This document shows positions 51,001-64,000 of a stretch of DNA of 64,000 bases, piece by piece. Source of the stretch: Gordius albopunctatus (Eukaryota); the NCBI GenBank assembly GCA_964276515.1, contig OZ193909.1, positions 14,074,001 to 14,138,000 on the forward strand, in the 5' to 3' direction. The notes below the pieces were generated by a model. It was not told the DNA's origin, searched no databases, and worked only from the letters and a program-made list of their open reading frames with translations. Position numbers and translations under genes: made by a program. The first letter of the stretch is position 1. Every line of letters begins with the position of its first letter.

Positions 51001-53667
51001 TGCTACATAGGGAATGCCTTTGTATGTGAAACATTATTTAACCAAGATTCCCTGCCTCAAATGGAGGTGGAAGATCTGGAATCCATTTATATTTCCAACA
51101 TAGATACCGACAAATACAAATTAATTTTCGATACATACGACCAAAAAATTCGTATTCAAAGCTTACCGGTTTTTGGGGTCGGTGAGGTGGAGCAATTTTT
51201 CCAATTTTTCAAGTTTTTAGTCCAAATATCACAAGCGGATACTAATGTGTCTAATACCTCCAGCGTTGAAATAAAGATAAACGAAAATGATGTTTTGGAA
51301 TTTCCCCTAATGGTTCGTCAAAAATGTATTTTGTCTAAAATACTGACTCCTGCACAATGTATAAGCCTCTACGAACGCGGTTCTGATCTTTATGACGAAT
51401 TACTTACCATGATTGACATCGGTATAAAAGACATTGAAAATCTTTCTTTATATCCTGATGGATTGATATGTGTCAACCACCAGTCTTACAAGAAGTTTGA
51501 TTCCATCCTAAATGCTATTCGCAGCGAAAACGATCGTAGTAGTTATAGATTTTGGAAAAGTCATGCAACATTGACTAATTTTGATTCGCCCAAATTCCCG
51601 TTTGACGAATTTATTTCTGATTTTTTCATCATGACAGCTCTTAATATAACAACAAAAAACTTCGTTCCTTTTTGTAACCTGCCTGACATTTCCTCAATAC
51701 TACAAATCAACAAAGACGCATTCGCGACTATGGAGCCAAAATTTAAGGGAGAATTTTATGATTTCAATTCAAGCCAGGTGCCAGAAATTAACGATGCGCG
51801 AGTCATGTCGCTGCTATATCCATCTTGGGATTCTTCAAAATCCTTTTTCAAGCATTGGCCAAACGGCAGAGCTTTTTGGATATCCAAAGATCGATCTTTT
51901 TTGTGTTGGATTAATGAAACAGATCACATGAAATTTTTTGCCTTCGCAAATGATGCCGGAATCCTCACTTTGTGGGACAAATATATAGTTTTTATAGAAG
52001 CATATAGAGATGCTTTGGTAACAGCTGGTATAGAATACACGGAGCGTACTACTTTCACTACCCTTCACCGTCCAATAAATCCATTCCATTTGGGAGCAGT
52101 CATAAGTACTAAAAATGAAAACTTAAATTACCTCAAAAATTTATTAACCCTTACCGGGTTCCAAATAGTAAATTTGCGCATCAACGAGTCATCTGTAGAA
52201 TTATGGGTAATCCATATAAAGGATAGCACCGCGGACATTATAAGTGAGAATAAAGCTTCGGAATCTGTGGGCGATATTATGCGAGAAACCTTTTCAAACG
52301 AAATCAAAATTTTGATGTCTAAAATGTCATATTTGCGGTTTCTCATTAAACATAGTCATGAAGATATTGTTTTAGACGACGCTTTCAAAGAGCTTAAAAT
52401 ATTGGTCGGAAAAGGGGACTATCATGATTCAGGGGGCCAAGGTTCACCATCAATGATTAAATCGATCGTATCTCAAACATTTACAAATTACCCATTTTTT
52501 CTAAAAACCGCAAATGCCATTATAGCCTTATGCTTAACACCTGATCTGTACGCTATACTCTCCGAATACCGAACGGCTCAAGGATTTACCTTGGATGACT
52601 GTATTCGAGTAGGATGCGATAATCAAGATAAACACATAGCCGGAATGATAGCTTTGGATGAGGAGTGCTATGACCTTTATGGTGATTTAGTCGATTGCCT
52701 CATTCGCATGAGAAGCAAATCGCGTTCTCTACATCACGTGATTCACGAAATTTCATACTTCCCTGAAATAGCTGTTAGCCTCGATGATCAATACGTTTAC
52801 CATTTAGAACTAGGACTCTTCCGAAATTTGCAAGGTTTTCCATTGGTGGCTGGTTGTAATTTGCGACATTTAACCCAGATAGAAGATCTCTTTCTAAAAG
52901 TCCTAAATAACGCAGGACTCTTGACGGGACAGCCGAATAATGATTATCGTGTTAATAAAAATTATACAAGCTTAGAATTGATTTCGGAAGAAGAGGAAAC
53001 CAACGTTCTAAGTGAATTTTATGAGCCACTTAATTCAATCATATACTTTTGCCCGCAACTCAAACTATATTGGCCTCGTTTTCGTGGAAAATGGCAGCAA
53101 ATTGAGCAATTATCGCCTACAGCCATTACAGATAATGGTTCTGAGGTTAGTAGTTATCCAAATACACGCGGTGGAACTTATTTTTTGAATGTAATTGATC
53201 ATTTCCAAGCTTTTTGGACATTGGATAATAACAACGTGTGGTGTCAATTTCATGAAATATACACCACTTTGCAGGAATTGGAAAGATCTTTGGCCACGTT
53301 AAATCATTCATTCATGAAACATTCTAAATATGGGTATGTTACCACTTGTCCAATCAACCTAGGGTCAGGGGTGAGCATCAAGATACGTTATAAATTGCCT
53401 AATCTTTTGGGTACTGTCAATCTTAACGGATCATACAATAATACGTCAGCTTTTGTATCGGCAAAACAAATCATAAACAATTATAATTTACGCATTCTAA
53501 GTTATGACGATGTGACCCTAGAAGTCATAACCTCATCTTGTTATGGTTATTCCGAAATAGAGTTATTACAGCAAGTTATCGATTGCACCAAAGATCTCAT
53601 TAGAAAAGAAATAGAATTAAAACTTGCATCTCAAGATAATAATGATACGGTCAAACAGGACGAGTGA
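42034..53667 (+). CDS. Three-domain phosphagen (ATP:guanido) kinase-like protein with an N-terminal MGCGQS acylation motif; 8 exons: 42034-42082, 44184-44238, 44316-45041, 45120-45179, 46421-46611, 46664-46957, 47213-47425, 50876-53667
   Basis: All GT/AG junctions join in frame. Motifs: TLDCCIQTGVD, DWPESRGVW, VNELEH (domain 1); HWPNGRAFW, WINETDH (domain 2); FTLDDCIRVGCDN, RNLQGFPL, YGYVTTCPINLG (domain 3). Confidence 0.85.
43619..43777. mobile_element. hAT-type MITE (CATGGGCGTAGCC family)
   Basis: TIRs catgggcgtagcca / tggctacgcccatg. 8-bp TSD attcacgc / attcacac. Confidence 0.9.
45258..46202 (-). CDS. Uncharacterised coiled-coil protein nested antisense in intron 4 of the phosphagen-kinase-like gene
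   Basis: A 286-codon open frame in AT-rich DNA, with likely ATG at 46202. Possible intron 45432-45304 and last exon 45303-45258 (LKHRAQKYHSKTMD*). The C-terminal half is heptad-like. Confidence 0.6.
47897..50565 (-). mobile_element. Decayed hAT transposon in intron 7 of the phosphagen-kinase-like gene
   Basis: Perfect 12-bp TIRs tagagacctgca / tgcaggtctcta. 8-bp TSD tttggaat / ttcggaat. Minus-strand transposase remnants: LLRPFKEASTQL, MATALHPKFK and CIPATSATSERNFSTAG. Confidence 0.92.
48691..49860 (+). mobile_element. DINE-1/HINE-like element inserted into the hAT transposase
   Basis: Both subTIRs and the hairpin are present. Removing it restores the transposase frame ELINKKYTIHSLQKM with no TSD. 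Confidence 0.85.
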
Positions 53668-53829
53668 CATTTAAATTTACTTTTGTACATATATTAAAAT
53701 TGTTTTAATATGAATGCTATGTGGTAAGTCTTACAAATTAAAATTTAAACTACAATTCATTTTAGTTTAAATTATTCAAACGCCTCTTGACATAGGATTG
53801 ACATCTATCTTTTATATTATACTACATAC

Positions 53830-55010
53830 TATTTTATCTTTGATTACAAAGATCTACAAGAAAAAATATCCTACAACCGGATTTATAGAGAATGTTTTGT
53901 GAACAATAATATATTTGTGTTTTTCTCCGGTTGTCCAGATATAGTGATAGATGAGATTAAAGGTACAAAAATAGCTTTTTTAGCGTTTTTTGAGGCTATA
54001 TAACCACGCCCTTTTAAATTTATTTTTAATCATAGTTATATAATTCTATAGACCATTTATTGATCTATAGGGTCATAATTTTATTTTTCTTGTTTCACCT
54101 CTACATTAAGTTTATCTTAGTGAACCCTTTCCACGCATTAAAATTCTTCGTATTATGTCCATTGTACCTATGGGATGTTTACTGACACATCAATCTCTCC
54201 TTTCACTTATACTTTTCGATCTTCTCCACTTCCGCCCCCTTGTTGTGTACTTGGCTAGATTGGGACGAATTTTAATGAGCGAAGGGGGCTCAGGGAGATG
54301 AGTCTAAAATTAAAAGCAAAGATGAATCAAAAAAATAAAATTATGATCCTGTAGATCAATAATGTTCTACAGGATTATATAATTATTATTAAAAATAGAT
54401 TTAAAATGGGATAGGAATTTTTTTGTTTCGATTCGGATTTTTAATTGCTACTATCTTTTGTAAGAATTTTATTTCCAAAAATTTTTGTATTGAGATTTTT
54501 AGAAGATGGTTTCAAATTGCGATAATAAACATATAATAAAATTTTTTAATTTTTGGAACAAATATGATTTTGTATTTTGGAACAAAAATGATTTTGTAAT
54601 TTTGAGCAAGAAAAATAGAATAAATGCGCTTTTTAAAAAAATAGATAAAAATAACTATGGTTCGTAGATGGCTGTTTAATTTCTTAAATTATATTTAGCC
54701 TTTTTATTAGTTTTTATGTGCCAATCTAAAAAAAACATCACGGTTACTCGGCACAAACCAGAGTAACAGCGATATAAAAATCTTTTAAACTTATGAGTAA
54801 AAGGGGCCATAAAAATAGATGAGTAAGAATAAGTAAGCGGGGGGAACACCACAAAGGCCATTTTTTACATTTATAACCCACGTTAATAATATAATCCGGA
54901 CGACCTAAAAAACATTAAAACATATTATTGTTCAGCCTAAAATTCTCTTAAAATAATTTGTCACGGGATGTATTCACAAAGTCATTTGTAGACCTGTGTT
55001 ATCAATAAAA
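53830..55010. repeat. Old, degenerate long inverted repeat (foldback element)
   Basis: 54010-54150 pairs imperfectly with 54265-54410 (e.g. tattgatctatagggtcataattttatttt vs aaaataaaattatgatcctgtagatcaata). 53840-53940 pairs with 54890-55005. Boundaries are approximate. Confidence 0.6.
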
Positions 55011-56182
55011 ATTAATTAGGAAACTTTCATGTATACATATTAATAAGGCTGAGAATCTAATAAGGACCCTGGATGATGGGATTTGAGTATGTTTAAAGTT
55101 AAATTGTGTAAAATGAATCTAAAACGACTTCCAGTACAGCTTCTGATTTTTAATTTATTAACGTTCAAAAATACAGAACCTTTAATAATAGTTAGGTATA
55201 ATCGCAAATTCAGACGCGATAAAATTAGTACATGACTAGAAGCGTTCTAATATTTGTACGAATTATATCGTTGGTGTTCAATCAAATTTTAAAACTATCA
55301 AAAGCCATGGTTATTATGGTTAAAGATTATACAGGATTAAATAAATATTGGCAGTGACAATAAAATGTAAATTAAGATGTATGAGAAATTGCTTTCTAAA
55401 AACCGGTAATTGTTAATATTTGTTTTGTAAAGTAGATTCCTTAAAAATATTGAAGTGTGCAATATCCTTAAACATGACATAAGGCTATAATGGGAGAATA
55501 AGAAGACTACCCTTAACAAAGGTTTAATTTAAAAAAGGCACATTTATTACATTGGATATTTATTAATCTATTTTTAATCTGTTTTTATTACTTTGCATCT
55601 GGATTTAGAAATGATGAGGGAATCCTTAAAGTCTTACAAATATTGGTTTTATACTATTAGCAGATAAGATAATGGGTTAATGATCGGGGCAGCATTGTAG
55701 ACTGGCTGCTAAAATATATGAAAGGGAATCAAATTTATATAATAAATAATAAACTTAAATTCAAACTAAAATAAGAGTGTATTGGAAAACCTGATTATTT
55801 GATTATTTACAACATATAGTAAATTTTATACTAGATTGATAATTAAAATTAATCAAAATCAATTTAAGGAAATGCGTTATCGCAAATTACTAGAGAAAAA
55901 AAAAGAAATTATAACAATTTATGAAAATATAAAAGATGTATTTATTAAGTGTTTTGGAATCTTCCCTCTCTCCCCTTCTTCCCCCTCTCACCTCTCTCCC
56001 CCTCTCTTTGTAAGATGCTGCGTGCTAACGCCAGCTGTGCTCGCAAGGCGAGCGTGCATTATAGAGATCGTTGAACTTTAACCACAATATATTTTTATCT
56101 CTTCATTTTTTGTGATAGGTATCGGAAAAAACTCTTTCGCGTTATATTTTTATCCCGTTTTTGTTTCTGATGTCAACATTCG

Positions 56183-56330
56183 CGCGGTTCTAGATTGGAA
56201 TATTCAGATAATTTAGTTATAATAATTAATAACGCGGTCTTATATTAGAATATTCAGATAATTCAGTTATAATAATAAAAAACGCGGTTCTATATTGGAA
56301 TATTTAGATAATTAAATATGATAATTAATA
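56183..56330. repeat. Three ~50-bp tandem repeats
   Basis: The unit cgcggttctagattggaatattcagataatttagttataataattaataa occurs three times with variation. Confidence 0.8.
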
Positions 56331-56837
56331 AGGTAAAAAACAATTTATTATTAGTTTTATTAAACAGAAAATAGTTGTAAACTTATACTTTTAACATTAA
56401 GTAAACAAAAGGAGGCATAAAGTTTCAACATATATTAAAAAATAAAGATGCTCGATCTGTCTGCATGTTAATAATTGGTTTATATATCCATTCTAGCATC
56501 CTCCACCATATTAAGGTGTGTATTATGTCTATAAAGTCTAAATATAAGGCTATAGTTCTAGTAATAGGCACAGAAAAAAAACTCATCTGACACAAATCCT
56601 ATGATGGAGACTATATTTGGAGGAATATAATTTTCAAGAGTCAGCCGTAAAGTGCGTTTTGCTTTATATTTACGTAAGACAAATCGAAAATTAACCTTGA
56701 ATCTTTTTATATGTATCTTATAATAATTTATGTTTTTGCGTTTAAACCTATTTGGCGACTTTGAATTTGTAGCAATCTAATGTAAATCTAAATTACAGCT
56801 GATAGATTTTTAATAGTTACACGTAAGTTTAAAGAAA

Positions 56838-59099
56838 ATGAGTAATCCTCAGTACAATTTAAGGAGTTCAGGTAACAAATAATAATATTTTGGCATAAAT
56901 TATTTAGCTGTGAAACGGCTAATGAAGGAAGCTGAAGAGTTGCGAGATGCTACAAAGCTTTTTTTTGCTCAACCTTTAGAAGTATAGAATTTGTTGTTTA
57001 AATCATATGCAATTTAGGATAATTTATTCGAATGGCATTTTACTGTACGCGGTCCTAGGGATTCGGATTTTGAGAATGGTCTTTATCATGGACGCATAAT
57101 CCTGCCTTCAGACTATCCAATGAAGCCCCCCAACATTATACTTCTCACAGTGAATTATTAGATCATCTATGTTTATAACATATTAGCCATTTATTTTTTT
57201 AATTTAATATATTTGCTTTAGAAAATCCTTACTTCACTATTTGCCCACTAGGATTTTATTATATTACTTTGTGTATTGCTATTATTAAAATGATAATGTT
57301 ACCATAATTAATTTATTTATTGTTTTAGCTTTTATTTCTTCAGTCAACATTTTTGATAAAAAATCTAAACTATAACATTACTTGTATCATAAATTTGAAT
57401 TTTACCCAAAATGCTTAATTTCAAACATTTATTTTTTGAATTATATTATTCACACAACAAATTGTAAGATTAATAGATTTCACTATAAGGCTTATAGTAA
57501 CAATAGTGATTATTGGTTAAAATGTATTTTTGCATGTTGATAATTATAGCTCTAAGTGGCCATCTATAGATTATTTTACTAGATAAGTACCAAAAAATTT
57601 TACCTCTCTTCATTACCAAATATAAAAGTTTATTTTTTTCATTCAACCTTTATTACATGTCTTTTTGCATATAGCCTAATGGTAGGTTCGAAATTAACAA
57701 AAAGATTTGCCTCAGTATATCAGGCTATCATCCAGAATCATGGCAACCATCCTGGTCAAGTATTATTATTAAGTTGAATAAAAATGCAAAAAGTATTAAA
57801 ATTTAGTACGAACAGCTTTGTTGGCTATTATCGGTTTTATGCCAACACATGGGGGCGGCTCTATTGGTTCCTTAGAATATCCTTCAGAAGAGAGGAAAAA
57901 ATTAGCTATCAAGTAAGTCTATCCTATCTATTTATAGGGTTTTTGATTTTTAGTTAGTTCTTTAAGAATTTAAGTTTTTGTTTTTTACACATAATAGTAT
58001 AAACAACAATTTTAGTGAAGATGAATAGCCTTAAACTTTTATATATACTTTTAACTTTTGATAACCTTTTATCGGAGTGATCAATAATATAACATAAATT
58101 GCATATCAATTAATTACTTTTCTGGCATGAATGTTATATAAGTGTAAAGCTGGAAAATTTTTGACTGATGCATCTTAGTAATTTATTAATTTTTTTAACA
58201 TAATATTATCAACAAGATCAAGAGATTGGTTATGTCCTACATGTGGCAGCATAAAAAACAAGTTAGTAGAAGAAGACGTTAATTCGACGCTCGATTCCAT
58301 GCTTCAGGAAGCTAAAAATTTAGCCAATCAAATCAGTTTCAAAGTGAGAACACCAACCTTTTTTGAAGTTTTTTCATTTTTACGTATTTAAAATTTGGAA
58401 AATGCACAACACTATTTTGACTTAAAGCTTAATTAAACCAAAATGAAAGCTATTATTAACACCGCACTTTCGCTTAAAGTAATCTAACTTCAATCTTTAT
58501 ATTCGTGCGATATAAGTTTACAATTTTTTAGCAAAAATTAGTTTATTGGATGCTGGCTTATATTTAAAGAATAATATCTATCTTATGATTATAGCGCACT
58601 TTTTCATTGATTAAATATAATTTTGTGCGTTATACCTTAGGGAGAAGGAGAGAAAAATGGGACGCCCCCTAAGGAAGATGAAAAGTCGCGGCAAAAAGGT
58701 CCTATAGCACTCGAGCCCGACGACAGACCTCCTCAATCAACAACACCCATAACCCCCGGAGAAACGCTGATTGAAAAGGGGAACGCGTTGCTTGATACCC
58801 TGCCCTCCACTAGCCCCGGCCGAGAAATGCTTAATCGTAGGATGGAAATGCTACAACGCCAAAAAGGAGCGTCCCGAACCACAGCAAAAAATGAACCCGA
58901 ATCCAGTTCCAATGAGCAAAATCATGGGCGAAACCGGGGGGCCGAAACACCGCCTGGCGATAGCTTGATTTGCTTCAACTTGTTAATCGGTATCATAGCA
59001 CTCTTGCTAGCCTTGTTGATAGGGCGCAGGCTTTACGTGACTAATGCCTGGCGTTTTTACTCCGACAATTCGGGTGGTGGGGATCGAGATGAATTTTAA
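56838..59099 (+). CDS. UBE2J1: Ubiquitin-conjugating enzyme E2 J1 (ER tail-anchored), multi-exon
   Basis: Spliced translation MSNPQYNLRSSAVKRLMKEAEEL...AQPLEDNLFEWHFTVRGP...YHGRIILPSDYPMKPP...PNGRFEINKKICLSISGYHPESWQPSWSIRTALLAIIGFMPT. C-terminal TM segment LLIGIIALLLALLIG. Confidence 0.95.
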
Positions 59100-61246
59100 A
59101 GTAAAATGGCCTCTTTCCCACTTCTCGCCACGCTTTTAACAATACTCCCTCCCACACAAACACACACGGTTTACTTTGAATTATGATTGAACATCTTTCG
59201 ACATGCATCGCACAGTTAAGGTAAATTTTAAACTACCCATAAAATGTATACCGCGTCCATTTATACTACATCATGGGACAGACCTTACTAATTTAAAATT
59301 CTAGGATCACACGAATCCACCATTGTGAATATGACATTATTTTGCAGCGATTTTGTATAAGAGCATGTGAACTCTTATATTTCTGCTGTGCGCCGTATTG
59401 TCTAAAATGTTCGATTATTATCAAAATTTCCGTTATTTATATATATAGAACTTGCCCTGTTATGATATTTTATCATCTTCCCTACTACCCTAACTCTTTC
59501 CACGTCATATTAAGCTAATATTGTAAATATTTACGAATTATTTATCAAATTTCTAAATCCTTTATGATGAATTTATTTTGGATATAAAATATCGCGATTT
59601 TTGAAATCACATAAAATATTAGATCTATATATGTGCGTGGGATCGTCATTTTATTTACCGATTTTTGGGCGGCAATAGATCAATCGTTTGTGACATCAAT
59701 TATATTTAATACACTGCATGGAATTTATATGCGATTTATTGTTTTTAAAAAGTTTTGTTATGTTTGAAATAAAATTTTAACCGTTGGCAAGTAACCGCCC
59801 TCATTCTAGGCTTGCTCTAAAATTGGAAAATTATTGTCAATAATTGAAATTAACCCAATTAAAAAGCGGTAAATTCAAAATAAATTAACTTATATAAACT
59901 GACTATAGTAGTAACATAGCAATAGGCATGTTCCCATTTTTAACCTTATAAAGCTAAATAGGGATGTCACTAATTATAATTTGTACGTTCAAAACAAATT
60001 ACTTATTCTCCTTGACTAACAATTTTTAGCCGTACTCAAAATGATCTATTAAAAATCCAAGTTTATATAAGTCAAATTTTAATGGCGCCCAAAATATTAA
60101 TTGATAATAACTTGAAAAAATTGAAAATTAAACAATGTTTAATCCACCTTTTCAAAGCACGGCTCTAGTCCTAAATTTCTAATTATAAAATAAGGATCTA
60201 GGGGCGAGCGCCAATTTTTATATATTAATATATAGTTCTGTTCAGGCCCGGTCCAGAATTTCAACAACTTTAGAAATCTAATAATAATATTTTTGGTAAA
60301 GTTTTTTATTGAATAATTTGACGCACAAGATATAATTAATAAAAACTATAAAAAGAAGTATTAAAGTATAACATATTTATCTTCAACTGAAACATTGTTG
60401 GCAATATCACCACTACTCATTTATGATATATAATCCTTCAAAAACCAAATTTTTAACTTTTGTCAATTTTTAAAATTTAATGATATTAACTTATTCATGC
60501 TCTTAAGTTTCGAGCATAAGAAAGATAAATGTCTAAAATAAACTTAGACAGTAAAATTCTAAACACCTAAAAGCGATGCTTTTCAATTCTATATTTTTAA
60601 TCATATAAATAAACCACTAAACTCATCACTTGCAATCTTAAAAACCTTAAAAAAGTGATTAGCTTCTCAATAATTTGGTGATCTCATTCTATTTTGAAAT
60701 AAGAGTCGAAACTTCAAGTAGACTTTTTATTTCATTATAAATGTTTTATGCTTTTTAAGGCAGCTACGTTATCATGTTTGAACACACAAATGGATGATAG
60801 CCGGGCTTAAATTATTTACAACCTAAAAATAATCGGGTTCATTTTTGATTAATATAACACAAAATTGGTGGTAGATGGAAATGGATAAAAAAGAATTAAT
60901 AGAAGTCTAAAATAATTTTCAACTTTTTCTTAATAAATTTTATAATGTGATATATTGTTTTTAATGGACAAGACTATTTTCTTTTAAATATTTTAAAGCC
61001 TCTAATAATTAAGGCGTAAGCCGCCAGTGCAGGTCATTAGTTATAGGGTACAAAACATGGATGGCTAAAATATAAAAACCATTACTTATTAATTTTAATT
61101 CTTAAAAAACATTGACACTATTTGACTAAAATTAGCGTGAGTTAATTTGACAACATTCATAAATTTTAAAATAATTTATTATAGAACAATTTATACATAT
61201 GATGACCCGATTAGACAACAATACTAAGTACGATAAAACAGATTTT

Positions 61247-61706
61247 TTAAGGGATTAAATTGTTATGGGACCAGGGTCGATTAAATTGCGAATTATTATT
61301 GATTATCGGTATTGGCCTTAGAGAGGTCGGTTTTTTTTTGTTATTGCATTTGTAAGAATCCAATATACGACGCGCTATGTAAAGTTCTTGCTGCGTTAAG
61401 GCCACTTTCTGAGCCGGCATATATTGACATTTGTCATTGGAATTGTGGGCAATGCTTTGTTTAACGACCGAATTTTGGAGCATATCGTCGGGTTTGAGCC
61501 AAGGGGCTAGGGCTAACCATGTTTTACCGACATCCCCAGGCTCGCTGCAAATGGCTGTTAGGATATCGTCTTCGAATTGTAAGGGGAAATCGTTGTTTTG
61601 TGAATGTGGCGATTGTTTCGTTTTATTACCGAAACCCGGTTTGCTAACGTTAAGCGATCGTAAAGGGGAAAGGAAAAAACTTTACTTTATTTCTAAAATC
61701 CATCAT
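61247..61706 (-). CDS. Uncharacterised small protein (possible 37-nt first intron)
   Basis: GC-richer open frame from about 61680 to 61247 (KPGFGNK...LAPWLKPDDMLQNS...), with a candidate ATG at 61706. No family recognised. Confidence 0.4.
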
Positions 61707-62308
61707 TTGTGAGTGTGAAAATAACATTATAAAAACGTTATAAATAGAATTCTTATTGAGGGTGGAGCGCTATAGACATTGAGTATTTAGGCAAGCTACG
61801 TTTATGCGTAGTGTTGTAAAAACGACTGGGGGGGGTTTGTCTTGTCGACCTTTAATTAAACTAAGACTAACGGTCCACTCTGGTCTCTTTTTCAAATGTC
61901 GGCTTAGTCTAGTGGTATACTAAGAAAAATAGAGACCAAAAACCTTTGGTTTTCAACACTAATGCCGTTAAAATGATATTTTCTCTGTATAAACTTTCAC
62001 ACCTCAAGTATATGAAATACAAAATACTACTTTTTACGTTTAAACAGCCAAAAAGTTTAAAATTGTTTTTACATGCTTTTTAATGGAATAAAATTGTAAT
62101 TAGGTAATAAATTGTTTAGTAGCCCTGTCCAATTTTTTTAAAATTTATTTTTGTAATTTAAAAACGGCACTCAAAAAGAAATATTATCTGTGACGATTGG
62201 AGACGAACTTCCCGTAACTCTACCAGACATAATTATTTCACCAACTAAGAGCTCCCATAAATTAAGAAACGAACGATGCACAAGATTAACCATAGATTAT
62301 AACACAAT

Positions 62309-63500
62309 TTAGTAGGTTCTCTTAAATGGGATACACCATCTATGTCCATATGCCAGATTGACTAAATTAGAAAACAATTTCAACATTAAACACTTCTTCC
62401 TATTAGGTTTTGATATGGAACCAACGGTAAAATATAAGATAATTTAAGCCTACAGCCAATTCAAAGAGTCCAATTATTTTTTTGCAATAGTTATGCGCCC
62501 TGTGAGCAATTATTAAACTTTTAGTCACCTTCCTTATATTTTAAAAAGCTTGAAATGTGTGACACGCCTTAGGACTTGTCTTAATATCGGATTTTAACGC
62601 GCAGCAAAAATCGTCATACGTGTTTTAACATAGCCGTGTCTAAATATCCGATTTACATGAGATTTCGTTTTTAGACGCATAACATAACAGCGATTTTGTA
62701 GGATGCAAGACTTTTCCTAGGTGTAAATGTTGTATGTTTTTAAATTTTAAGGTATCACTAAAGTTTAGATTTAATCTCAAGAGTTAAATAAACAAAAAAA
62801 AACGTTTTTAACTATCAAAAAATAAAATACTTATAATTACAACCGAGTTTGACGCATAAAATTGAATCGGATATTTAGACAAAGTTAAATTCGCGCGATA
62901 TGAATCTGAATCCGATATTAAGACAAGCCCTTACCCAGTTAGACTTTGGCCTTTTTCAATCTAAAAATCCCTAATTAGCTTCAAACTTAAAACTAAGTAA
63001 TGCAAACATACCCGATATTTTTTTTCGAAATCACACCCACAGGCTGGTTGAAGTTTCTAACTGGTGTATGACGAGCTGTAAAAACAATTGAAACCGTAAT
63101 ATTATGAGTATTTAAATTTTTCTCTTTATATTTGAGTTAAAATGTGTACGAATTTTTATAAAACAGCAATAAATTTTGACCTCGATTTATTTTAATTTCT
63201 ATTCAATACTTATGAAGTTATTCGAAAATAATAAAAAAAAAATTACTCCTTTCCCGACAATTCTAACTATACTTAGGTACCAATTTTTCTAATTGTATTT
63301 TCCACAGACCTTAGGAAAGAAAAACAAATTTTTACCGGGAACTGAGGGTTCGTCTATAACTTTAACACAGTCAGAATCGGAATCAATTTCTGTGAGAGCA
63401 TCTAACACAATTTCCTCATTTTCGCTCGACGACGATAGCAAGGATATAAGTTCAGTTGGTTTGTTGAGCTTGAAATTACCCATTGAGGCAGGATAATTGC
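62309..63500 (-). CDS. Uncharacterised multi-exon gene (partial; upstream exons unresolved)
   Basis: Candidate exons at ~63500-63336, ~63076-63013, ~62449-62394 and ~62361-62309 appear to join in frame through GT/AG sites. The protein is acidic and Ser-rich; no family recognised. Confidence 0.4.
62572..62930. mobile_element. PIF/Harbinger (Tourist-like) MITE
   Basis: TIRs ggacttgtcttaatatcggatt / aatccgatattaagacaagccc, flanked by TTA on both sides. A second internal inverted pair is present (gtctaaatatccgatt / aatcggatatttagac). Confidence 0.75.
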
Positions 63501-64000
63501 CTAAACATGCAATTGCATGAAAAATATAGTTAGATCGTTTTATCGCACATATTATATTCACGCTTATAATATATAAAAATATTTCGAGATGCTTCATGTA
63601 GTGAATATAAGAACTTTCATTTGTATATCATAATCTACTTATTTATATCGGCTTTATATGATTGCAATATTAGTTGTATATTTAAATATTGTGAACCCAA
63701 ACCGAACTGGTAAAGTCATGTGTTTTAGTTCTACTTTTTTCATCTTCAATTATTTATGTTCTGGCCCCTCTATATAATTTATTAATAAAGATATTATCCC
63801 CTTCTTACCCTACCTCATCATCACTCATTTCCAACTCATTACTATTGTTAGTATCATTTGAATAAGAGGGCATTATAAATTATTATATTATTAAATCTTA
63901 ATTTATAAATATTTAATAGTAAAGGAAATACAAAACTTAACAAGCTCCAAACATTTTCGTACAGACACGTTATAGTTGTCCATAAAACTCATAATATTTT

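Noticed and set aside
61484..61530. HIF-alpha LxxLAP hydroxylation motif (WLALAPWLKPDD)
   Set aside because: The motif is imperfect and no bHLH-PAS exons are seen upstream.

Overview
This is AT-rich animal genomic DNA with very short introns (about 32-55 nt) and many transposons. Host genes: TRAPPC10 (minus strand, about 1.1-14.4 kb, probably running off the left edge); an apparently orphan first exon of an SLC6 transporter; an LHFPL/TMHS tetraspan; a three-domain phosphagen-kinase-like gene with a predicted acylated N-terminus (MGCGQS), degenerate catalytic motifs and a nested antisense gene; UBE2J1; and two unidentified small genes. Mobile DNA: three RTE LINE copies, two keeping a twister-ribozyme core at the 5' end; hAT elements and MITEs with 8-bp TSDs; Helitron derivatives; and five DINE-1/HINE-like elements with tRNA T-loop-like motifs. 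The most unusual object is a head-to-tail pair of diverged ~2.75-kb retroelements (19.7-25.3 kb). Each has a gag-like ORF overlapping an RT-RNase H ORF whose motifs sit between DIRS and hepadnaviruses. No recombinase, integrase or endonuclease is visible, and a 48-bp direct repeat marks the unit ends. All family calls are from motif recognition by eye; no searches were run.
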